From: an uncultured beta proteobacterium
Lineage (GTDB): Bacteria > Pseudomonadota > Gammaproteobacteria > Burkholderiales > Burkholderiaceae_C
Assembly: GCA_963810395.1 (NCBI GenBank)
Contig: CAWENC010000002.1
Coordinates: 790,004-814,003, forward strand
Length of the DNA stretch: 24,000 bases
Direction of reading: 5' to 3'
Under the pieces are notes generated by a model, which made no database searches, was not told the DNA's origin, and saw only the letters and a list, made by a program, of their open reading frames with translations. Below are positions 11,183 through 17,497 of this stretch, piece after piece. A program made the translations under genes and the position numbers. Numbering within the stretch: position 1 is the stretch's first letter; each line of letters starts with the position of its first letter.

Positions 11183-11350
11183 TTTAGTGACGGACTTGGT
11201 CTCGCCTTGGTCCCCCAAACTCATCGGCTTGACGTCATTGATGGTGAAGTTGCCAATTAGAGCTCTAGACTGCGACCGGTCGTTCGACTTGGCCGATTGA
11301 TGACATTCGAGATTGTTAACTCGCCTATATCAGCGGACTAATTCAATAGA

Positions 11351-11408
11351 ATTAAGCGCTTAACACGCGCTTAACACGCGCTTGACAATCGCTTATTAAG
11401 CGCTTAAT
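11351..11408. repeat. 11-bp-phased GCGCTTAA-type repeats with two perfect palindromes
   Basis: Copies start at 11356, 11367, 11378 (GCGCTTGA), 11389 (degenerate TCGCTTAT) and 11400. The palindromes are TTAAGCGCTTAA (11352-11363) and ATTAAGCGCTTAAT (11395-11408), with centres 44 bp apart. Confidence 0.85.
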
Positions 11409-11410
11409 AT
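11382..11410 (+). promoter_or_regulatory. sigma70-type promoter of the seqA-like gene, with an overlapping operator-like palindrome
   Basis: TTGACA (11382-11387), a 17-nt spacer, then TAATAT (11405-11410), about 46 nt upstream of the ATG at 11456. The 14-bp palindrome covers the spacer and the -10. Confidence 0.55.
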
Positions 11411-11455
11411 TCTTTCACGCGCTGCTTTAGCGTGGTTGAGAACGAAAGGGTGAAC

Positions 11456-11944
11456 ATGAAGACGATTGAAGTTGAAGACGATGTGTACCACTACATCGCA
11501 GCGCAAACGAAGGAAATAGGCGAACCGGCAACAAGCATTTTGCGGAGGTTGCTGAACGTTCCTGTTGGCGTGCCAGTCAGCAAGCCAATGCCAGCGCCCC
11601 AAGCACACGAACTGGCTTCGCTTCTTGCGCAGCCGATGTTCAGTAGTTCGACCACAGCCGTTGCAAGAATGCTGAGGGTATTTAAAGAAGTTCATGCTCA
11701 AAAGAAGCAGAACTTCGACAAGGTGCTCTCGATCCAAGGGCGCAACAGAGCGTACTTTGCGAAGAGCGAGCATGAAATTTTGAAGTCGGGTAAGAGCACT
11801 CAACCGCGTGAGATTGAAGGGACCGGCTTCTGGGTTATGACGAACTCCCCGACGCCGCAAAAGCAGCAAATGGTACGTGAAGTGCTTGAAGGGCTCGGTT
11901 ACAGCCAGGCGGCGGTGAATGCGGCAGTGGCGGTGATCCAGTAG
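11456..11944 (+). CDS. seqA: SeqA-like protein (homologue of the hemimethylated-GATC-binding replication sequestration factor)
   Basis: 162 aa from the ATG at 11456 (AAAGGG SD 5 nt upstream). The N-terminus MKTIEVEDDVYHYIAAQTKEIGEPATSILRRLL matches remembered E. coli SeqA [33 protein letters not shown]. In the C-terminal domain, GRNRAYFAKSEHEILKSGKSTQPREIEGTGFWVMTNSPTPQK aligns with [42 protein letters not shown]. G+C is lower than in the flanks. Confidence 0.8.
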   Translation: MKTIEVEDDVYHYIAAQTKEIGEPATSILRRLLNVPVGVPVSKPMPAPQAHELASLLAQPMFSSSTTAVARMLRVFKEVHAQKKQNFDKVLSIQGRNRAYFAKSEHEILKSGKSTQPREIEGTGFWVMTNSPTPQKQQMVREVLEGLGYSQAAVNAAVAVIQ

Positions 11945-12107
11945 CTGAAGTGAATGGAACGCGATCCCGTCTTTCGGGGCCTCAGTCTGGCAGCCTTGGC
12001 AGAAGGCGAGCTCGAATGACTCCTCGCTGCAAGCGCGTCTTTCACACCGCAAACATTCGCACCCATGAAGGACCCAATTTGAATTCGGCATAGCCGTCAC
12101 TTTGTTC

Positions 12108-12260
12108 GGCAGGTGGATTGGGTGTCCGGTCGTCGGCCCCATTCGCGGTTGCCACGGAGTGGGCTTGCCAGCAAAAATGTTAACGCAGTAGCGACCGCGA
12201 GCAAAGCAATCGGGCCCGCGAGCGTGGGCCAGAGAACGGATACCCGGTCCGCCTGCCTGG
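12108..12260 (+). ncRNA. candidate structured RNA / structured repeat element, right copy (inverted homologue of 11032-11182)
   Basis: A 10-bp terminal helix pairs 12108-12117 with 12248-12257 (one G:U, on the plus strand). A 7-bp hairpin (12138-12144/12157-12163, one G:U on plus) has a 12-nt loop. It shares conserved blocks with the left copy, with the same 64-nt spacing between the block B and block C equivalents. It ends about 40 nt before the rlmB ATG. Confidence 0.45.
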
Positions 12261-12298
12261 CCACCGGCAGTCGCTTGGCAAGCCGCGATAATCACGGC

Positions 12299-13078
12299 AT
12301 GTCTTCCCCCAAAGTCCTGTTCGGCTTTCATGCCGTCGGCGTGCGCCTCAAAACCGCGCCCCAATCCATCATCGAGATCTATTTCGAGCCGACGCGCCGC
12401 GATGCGCGCATGCGCCAGTTCCTGGAAAAAGCCAATGAGGCAGGCATCCGTCTGATCGAGGCCGATGGCATGCGGCTGGCCAAGCTCTGCGGCGGCCACG
12501 GGCACCAGGGCGTGGCGGCGCGGGTGCAGGAGCTGGCTCAGGTCAAGTCGCTGGACGAACTGCTGGAACAGCTCGAAGCCGCGCAAGCCGACAAACCGCC
12601 GACCGAGCGCGAAGCGCCGCTGATTCTGGTGCTCGATGGCGTGACCGACCCGCATAACCTGGGCGCCTGCCTGCGCGTGGCTGACGGCGCCGGTGTGCAT
12701 GCCGTGATTGCGCCCAAGGATCATGCGGCCGGCATCAACGCCACCGTGGCCAAGGTGGCCAGCGGCGCGGCTGAGACCGTGCCTTACTTCATGGTCACCA
12801 ATCTGGCGCGCACCCTGAATGAACTGAAGGAACGCGACATCTGGATCATCGGCACCAGCGACGTGGCGCCGAAGACAATCTACCAGGCGGACCTGAAAGG
12901 CCCGGTGGCATTGGTGCTTGGCGCGGAGGGCGAGGGCATGCGCCAGCTCACGGCCAAGACCTGCGACGAGCTGGTGAGCATTCCAATGCGCGGCGCGGTC
13001 GAGAGCCTGAATGTGTCGGTCGCCAGCGGTGTCTGTCTGTATGAGGCGCTGCGTCAGCGCTCAACCGGAGCGAGTTAG
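12299..13078 (+). CDS. rlmB: 23S rRNA (guanosine-2'-O-)-methyltransferase RlmB (SpoU/TrmH family)
   Basis: The N-terminus is [11 protein letters not shown], and the SpoU motifs are [33 protein letters not shown] and [14 protein letters not shown]. The start is set at ATG 12299. The upstream 62 codons of the track ORF are not RlmB-like and coincide with the structured element. Confidence 0.9.
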   Translation: MSSPKVLFGFHAVGVRLKTAPQSIIEIYFEPTRRDARMRQFLEKANEAGIRLIEADGMRLAKLCGGHGHQGVAARVQELAQVKSLDELLEQLEAAQADKPPTEREAPLILVLDGVTDPHNLGACLRVADGAGVHAVIAPKDHAAGINATVAKVASGAAETVPYFMVTNLARTLNELKERDIWIIGTSDVAPKTIYQADLKGPVALVLGAEGEGMRQLTAKTCDELVSIPMRGAVESLNVSVASGVCLYEALRQRSTGAS

Positions 13079-13947
13079 AGACTGTAGAACGTCCGGATGA
13101 CATCCCAGGCGGCTTCGGCATCGTCAACGTAGGTGAACAGTTTGAGGTCCTGCGCGGAGATTGCGCCTTCCTCCACCATCACGTCCATATTGACCAGTCG
13201 CTTCCAGTAGGTGCTGCCAAACAGAATGATCGGTACCGGTTTGGATTTGCGGGTTTGCACCAGCGTGATGACTTCAAACAGTTCATCCAGTGTGCCAAAG
13301 CCACCGGGGAAGGCCACCAGTGCCTTGGCACGCATCATGAAGTGCATCTTGCGCAGTGCAAAGTAGTGAAACTTGAAACTCAGGCTGGGTGTGACGTAGG
13401 GATTGGCCGTTTGCTCATGCGGCAGCGCGATATTCAGTCCCACGCTCGGTGCACCCATTTCGTGTGCGCCGCGATTGGCCGCTTCCATGATGCCCGGGCC
13501 GCCACCGGTGGCGATAAACAGGCGTTCATCGTGCCGCCGTTGCGCGCTATGACTGGCCACGAGTCGGGCAAACAGGCGCGCCTGGTCATAGTAGTGGGCG
13601 TTGCGCTGCTGGCGTTGGGCCAGCGCCAAAGCACTGGCATCACCGTTTTGCTGCGCCTGCAACAAAGAAGCTTGCGCCTCTTCCGGTGACGGGAAGCGGG
13701 CGCTGCCAAAAACGACGACCGTGCTCTCTATGCCTTGCTCGCCCTGGTCCAGATCAGGCTTGAGCATTTCCAGTTGAAAGCGGATGCCGCGCGTTTCACG
13801 GCGCAGCAAGAATTCGGGGTCGGCGAATGCCAGCCGGTAGGCATCGGCTTGAAGTGCATTGCCCTGCTCGGAGTAGTTTTGAAGCTCGGCCCAGGCATCG
13901 GCCAGGCGGTTTTCGGAAAGTTTCTGAGTCATGTTCATGGCCGCCAT
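13075..13947 (-). CDS. LOG / TIGR00730-family Rossmann-fold nucleotide-binding protein (nucleotide 5'-monophosphate nucleosidase-like)
   Basis: Motifs [14 protein letters not shown] and [12 protein letters not shown] are present. The start is taken at ATG 13947 (MAAMNMTQK; 13938 and 13932 are also possible). The longer track ORF to 14166 runs into yqjK in another frame. The stop overlaps the rlmB stop (convergent, 13075-13078). Confidence 0.85.
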   Translation of the reverse strand: MAAMNMTQKLSENRLADAWAELQNYSEQGNALQADAYRLAFADPEFLLRRETRGIRFQLEMLKPDLDQGEQGIESTVVVFGSARFPSPEEAQASLLQAQQNGDASALALAQRQQRNAHYYDQARLFARLVASHSAQRRHDERLFIATGGGPGIMEAANRGAHEMGAPSVGLNIALPHEQTANPYVTPSLSFKFHYFALRKMHFMMRAKALVAFPGGFGTLDELFEVITLVQTRKSKPVPIILFGSTYWKRLVNMDVMVEEGAISAQDLKLFTYVDDAEAAWDVIRTFYSL

Positions 13948-14003
13948 TGTGAGCGGAAAACAGAACACATCGACCCAGCCAGGATGGAAAAATCGATGGC
14001 GGG

Positions 14004-14303
14004 CTAAAAACGCTGCGAGGGCCGGGTGGCGATCCAGTTGCGCGCCCGATCGAATGATTTCCAGGCCAGCCACAAACGGCTGCCCCAAAGCATGGCGCGC
14101 TGCGGCCGCAGCACCAGAACAAGCATCAAAGCACCTATGGGCCATACCGGATTGCGGTAAAGCCACTGCAGGCTGTCTTGGGCCCGGTCGGCCAGAGCCA
14201 GGGGCTTCTTGACGATTTGCAGCTGGTCTGCCAGGTTGAGGCGCAATTGCGCACTGCGCGCCAGCAGCGCCTGCTGGCGCAGCACAAGCTCATCGGGCTT
14301 CAT
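14004..14303 (-). CDS. yqjK: YqjK-like small membrane protein
   Basis: 99 aa from the ATG at 14303 (MKPDELVLRQQALLARSAQLRLNL...). It resembles E. coli YqjK and follows yqjE with a 14-nt overlap. Confidence 0.6.
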   Translation of the reverse strand: MKPDELVLRQQALLARSAQLRLNLADQLQIVKKPLALADRAQDSLQWLYRNPVWPIGALMLVLVLRPQRAMLWGSRLWLAWKSFDRARNWIATRPSQRF

Positions 14304-14691
14304 GTTGACCCGATGTCTGGAGTCCGGCCCGATCCCGCTCCAACTCCTTGACGCTGGTGCTGAACATGCCGCCGGCGCTGCGCAGACGTTGCCGGGACTG
14401 GCGCAGCAGCAGCGCGCCGCCGCCAAGAAACAGCAGCGTCATCACGCCGACCGCCGCCAGGCGATAACCGTCCCAAAACAGCAGGATGACGAAGCCGCAC
14501 AGCAACACCAGACCCAGACCGACCACCAGCAGGCCCGCCGCACCCCAGAGCAGCCCGTCGAACAGACGCCGCTTCTCCAGTTCGACCTCGGTACTCAGAA
14601 GATCCAGCCGCACTTGCGCCATTTCCAGCGCGGTGGCCAGCAAGCGCCGCACGGACGCGAAGAGGCCGGTCTCCTTGACAGGTTCGCTCAT
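14290..14691 (-). CDS. yqjE: YqjE-like / DUF1469 (phage-holin-family) membrane protein
   Basis: Start at ATG 14691 (MSEPVKETGLF...). AQVRLDLLSTEVELEKRRLF parallels E. coli YqjE VETRLRLAVVELEEEKANLF. Two hydrophobic segments are present. Confidence 0.7.
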   Translation of the reverse strand: MSEPVKETGLFASVRRLLATALEMAQVRLDLLSTEVELEKRRLFDGLLWGAAGLLVVGLGLVLLCGFVILLFWDGYRLAAVGVMTLLFLGGGALLLRQSRQRLRSAGGMFSTSVKELERDRAGLQTSGQHEAR

Positions 14692-14716
14692 GGAAGCTGC
14701 AGGTTTCGCGCGCGCT

Positions 14717-15028
14717 TCAACGCCGGCCAATCAGCAAACCGACCACCAGACCAACACCGGCGGCGATGCCAACTGATTTCCACGGGTTGTCATGGACGAA
14801 CTCATCCGTGGCGTGTCCCGCCTCCTTGGCCCTCGCCACCGCCGCATCCTGCAAATGCACCAGATCAAGCTTGGCTTGATTCATCCTGGCCTGGACCCGG
14901 CTGCGCAGTTCGGCGGCGCTTTCACCGGCCTGGTCCGCAGTCATGCGCAGCAACTCCTCAGCATCGGCAATAACCACGCGCAAGTCGCTCATCAATTTGT
15001 CTTTGTTGACAGCAGTCAATTCAGTCAC
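14717..15028 (-). CDS. yqjD: DUF883 ElaB/YqjD/YgaM-family ribosome-associated, C-tail-anchored stress protein
   Basis: 103 aa. The GTG start is preceded by GGAGGTG. The C-terminus NPWKSVGIAAGVGLVVGLLIGRR is the family's hallmark tail anchor. It is the first gene of a yqjD-yqjE-yqjK arrangement, as in E. coli. Confidence 0.8.
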   Translation of the reverse strand: MTELTAVNKDKLMSDLRVVIADAEELLRMTADQAGESAAELRSRVQARMNQAKLDLVHLQDAAVARAKEAGHATDEFVHDNPWKSVGIAAGVGLVVGLLIGRR

Positions 15029-15159
15029 GGTACACCTCCATTGTTTTGAAAACCTTTGTAAATAGTAGTCCCTATCAAGTTCGATAGCCAGAAGAAAATG
15101 TAACTGGCTTGATCAATCACAAACGCCGGCGTTCCTGCGGACCATAACATGCCCACCTC

Positions 15160-16569
15160 ATGGCCTCAGTTTTTGATCCGCTGCGCTGGGGTGCGGTTGC
15201 GCTGGATGTGCTGGCCAGCGGGCGTGCCACGCCGGCTGCGCTGGCTGCGCGCCGGCAGAGTCGGCTTGCCCGGCTGCTTGAAGCATCCGTGCGGGGCTCG
15301 CGGCTTTACCGTGAACGCCTGCAAGGCATGGCGCCAGGCGCTACGCCACTGAGCGCCTTGCCGGTGGTCTCCCGAGCCGAGCTCATGGCCCGATTCGACG
15401 ATTGGGTGACCGACCCGAAACTCAAACTGGCCGAGCTCGGCGCCTTCACCGCAGACCCCCGGCGCATCGGCGAGCCTTACCTGAACAAGTACCTGATTTG
15501 GGAGAGCTCGGGCACCAGCCATCAAGCTGGCGTGTTCGTCCAGGATGCGCAGGCGATGGCGGTTTACGATGCACTGGAGGCGCTGCGGCGCAGCACGCCA
15601 CGTCCCCTGCAACGCTGGTTTGATCCCTTGATGCTGGCCGAGCGCATCGCCTTTGTTGGCGCCACCAGTGGCCATTTCGCCAGCATGGTGTCGATGCAAA
15701 GGCTGCGCCAGCTTAACCCGGTCATGACGCAAAACCTGCGCTGCTTTTCGATCCTGCAATCGACCGGCGCCCTGCTTGACGAACTCAATGCTTTCGCGCC
15801 GACCGTGATCGCTACCTATCCGACCGTGGCTGCACTGCTGGCGGATGTCGCCGCTCAAGGCCTGCTGCACTTTGCGCCCAGGGAAGTCTGGACCGGGGGC
15901 GAAACCTTGAGCCTGGCCGTGCGCCGGCGCGTGGGGCAAATGCTCGGCTGCAGCGTCCACAACAGCTATGGCGCCTCCGAATTCCTGTCGATCGGCTGGG
16001 AGTGCAGTCGCGGGCATATGCATGCCAACACGGATTGGTTGATCCTGGAGCCGGTTGATCGACAGGGACGGGCGGTGCCAGCCGGTCAGCCGTCCTTTTC
16101 GACGCTGCTGACTAATCTGGCCAATCGGGTGCAGCCCCTGATTCGTTATGACCTGGGTGACCAGGTGACGATGCACCCGGGGTGCTGTGACTGCGGTTCG
16201 GCACTGCCGGTGATCGAGGTGCAGGGGCGCAATGATGATTCTCTGCTGATGGCCGGGCCAGACGGGCAATTGCGCACGGTGTTGCCGTTGGCGCTGACCA
16301 CCGTGCTTGAAGAAGAGGCGGGAGTGTTCGATTTTCAACTGCGCCAGCAGAGCGGCCGCACGCTGGTGCTTCGGCTGGACTCGCACGGCGCAGAGGCCGC
16401 GCCGGCCGTGGCCCGTTGCCGCAGCACTCTGGAGAAGTTTGCCCTGGCGCAAGGCCTGGCGCCGATACGGGTGGTGGTCGAACTGGGCCGAGCCATCTCC
16501 CGGGGCCAGAGTGGCAAGGTGCAACGGGTACTGGCACAGCCCGCGCAAAAGCGGCGCCAGGGTCGCTAA
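15160..16569 (+). CDS. adenylate-forming enzyme, PaaK/CapK/F390-synthetase-like ligase
   Basis: 469 aa. It has the AMP-binding-type motif WESSGTSHQAG, plus YGASE and a C-terminal GK. The substrate is unknown. Confidence 0.7.
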   Translation: MASVFDPLRWGAVALDVLASGRATPAALAARRQSRLARLLEASVRGSRLYRERLQGMAPGATPLSALPVVSRAELMARFDDWVTDPKLKLAELGAFTADPRRIGEPYLNKYLIWESSGTSHQAGVFVQDAQAMAVYDALEALRRSTPRPLQRWFDPLMLAERIAFVGATSGHFASMVSMQRLRQLNPVMTQNLRCFSILQSTGALLDELNAFAPTVIATYPTVAALLADVAAQGLLHFAPREVWTGGETLSLAVRRRVGQMLGCSVHNSYGASEFLSIGWECSRGHMHANTDWLILEPVDRQGRAVPAGQPSFSTLLTNLANRVQPLIRYDLGDQVTMHPGCCDCGSALPVIEVQGRNDDSLLMAGPDGQLRTVLPLALTTVLEEEAGVFDFQLRQQSGRTLVLRLDSHGAEAAPAVARCRSTLEKFALAQGLAPIRVVVELGRAISRGQSGKVQRVLAQPAQKRRQGR

Positions 16570-16585
16570 GGCGGCCTGCTGGCGC

Positions 16586-17497
16586 TCATGGCGTCGCCAC
16601 TTTCAGTTGGGCCAGAGCGGCGGCGATCGGGCTGGCCATGCTCACGGCATTGCTTGGATGCTGGATGCAGTCGGTACTCCACACCTCACCGACGCCGGCC
16701 TGCGAAATAATCTGCAAGGCGTCACCGGCGAAAAGAGCATGGGTGACCGCCACATCCACCGAGGCCGCCCCCGCCCCCAGCAGCAAACGCGCCGTCTGGG
16801 CCAGGGTCTGGCCGGTGCTGGCGACATCATCGAGCAGCACCACCTGGCGGTTTTTAACAGCGACATCGGGCAGGGTGATTTGCACCGAATGGTCGCCGTG
16901 GCGTATCTTGTGGCACAGCGCATGCTCAAAACCATGGCGTGATGCGGCCAATGCCAGCCACTGCGCCGACTCTTCGTCCGGGCCGACCAGCAAGGGCTGG
17001 TGTCGGCGTTGGGCAATCAGGTCGGACAGCGCGGGTGCGCCGCTCAGCACAATGGCGTTAGCGACCGGCAGCGCTTCTTGCAGCGAGGCGACCCGGTGCA
17101 GATGCGGGTCAACCGTAATCACCGCGTCAAAAAGGCCGGCCAGAAAATTGCCCACGATGTGCTGACTGACAGACTCGCCGGGAAGAAAAGCAATATCCTG
17201 ACGCATATAGGCGAGATAAGGTGCCACCAGCGTCAGGTGTCGCGCGCCCAGGTCGCGTGCGCACTGGGCCGCCAGCAGCAGCTCGATCAATTTTTCGTTG
17301 GGCTGATTGAGTGTGCGCAGAATGACCACTCGTTCAGGCAGGGTGGGGGGCAGGCGCAGCTTGATTTCTCCATCGGGAAAGCAGTGGCGAACGATGCTGG
17401 AATGATTCATGCGGCCGGCCCGGGCGATAGCGGCGGCGCTGCTGCGCTCATCGTCGAAACACAGCAGCATCGATTCGGATGCGGATTTTGACGTCAT
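16586..17497 (-). CDS. ribose-phosphate pyrophosphokinase-like protein (Prs paralogue)
   Basis: Start at ATG 17497 ([14 protein letters not shown]), sharing one nt with the upstream stop (TGATG). Prs-like features are VVILRTLNQPNEKLIELLL, ITVDPHLH and the PRPP loop VVLLDDVASTGQTL. Confidence 0.85.
   Translation of the reverse strand: MTSKSASESMLLCFDDERSSAAAIARAGRMNHSSIVRHCFPDGEIKLRLPPTLPERVVILRTLNQPNEKLIELLLAAQCARDLGARHLTLVAPYLAYMRQDIAFLPGESVSQHIVGNFLAGLFDAVITVDPHLHRVASLQEALPVANAIVLSGAPALSDLIAQRRHQPLLVGPDEESAQWLALAASRHGFEHALCHKIRHGDHSVQITLPDVAVKNRQVVLLDDVASTGQTLAQTARLLLGAGAASVDVAVTHALFAGDALQIISQAGVGEVWSTDCIQHPSNAVSMASPIAAALAQLKVATP

Noticed and set aside
11186-11260. The plus-strand translation ..PTFSDGLGLALVPQ.. 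faintly resembles the LSDGGGLYLLV motif at the N-terminus of P4-type integrases, suggesting an integrase remnant.
   Set aside because: The resemblance covers only about 12 residues and nothing integrase-like follows before the stop. That is far too little to support a pseudogene call.
11351-11426. The short tandem repeats as a CRISPR array or replication iterons.
   Set aside because: The 11-bp period leaves no spacers and there are no cas genes. No rep gene, DnaA boxes or AT-rich unwinding element accompany the repeats. Overlap with a consensus promoter fits an operator better.
11945-12107. Tiny plus-strand ORFs after the seqA-like gene (21 and 25 codons), and a CCCG-tcttt-CGGG hairpin as a terminator.
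   Set aside because: The ORFs have no SD and no recognisable sequence. The hairpin has only 4 bp and no U-run, so neither is reportable.
11032-12260. An integron-cassette attC or IS200/IS605-type end interpretation of the flanking structured elements.
   Set aside because: attC sites and IS605 ends are in direct orientation, not inverted. No GTTRRRY/RYYYAAC cores sit at the element ends (the GTTAAC sites at about 11325 and 12178 are not at the boundaries). No integrase, TnpA or TnpB is present, and the cassette gene has its own strong promoter.
12113-12298. An N-terminal 62-aa extension of RlmB from the GTG at 12113.
   Set aside because: The extension has no RlmB similarity. RlmB homologues begin near the conserved (I/L)(Y/F)G.HAV motif, which follows the ATG at 12299. 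The extension coincides with the structured element.
11396-12724. A 442-aa minus-strand ORF spans the rlmB 5' region, the right structured element and the whole seqA-like gene in antisense.
   Set aside because: The translation is Cys/His/Arg-rich junk with no recognisable domain. Both overlapped plus-strand genes have strong family similarity. Its being open through the ~50% GC seqA region is mildly surprising, but I treat that as chance.
15166-16548. A 460-aa minus-strand ORF antisense to the PaaK-like ligase. The same applies to the large antisense ORFs 1870..2880(-), 4556..5380(-), 6037..6825(+), 8870..9655(+), 17479..19467(+, three ORFs) and 20771..22345(-).
   Set aside because: These are typical long shadow ORFs of high-GC coding regions, with Arg/Ala/Gly/Pro/His-rich low-complexity translations and no motifs. 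The opposite strand carries a confidently identified gene in every case.
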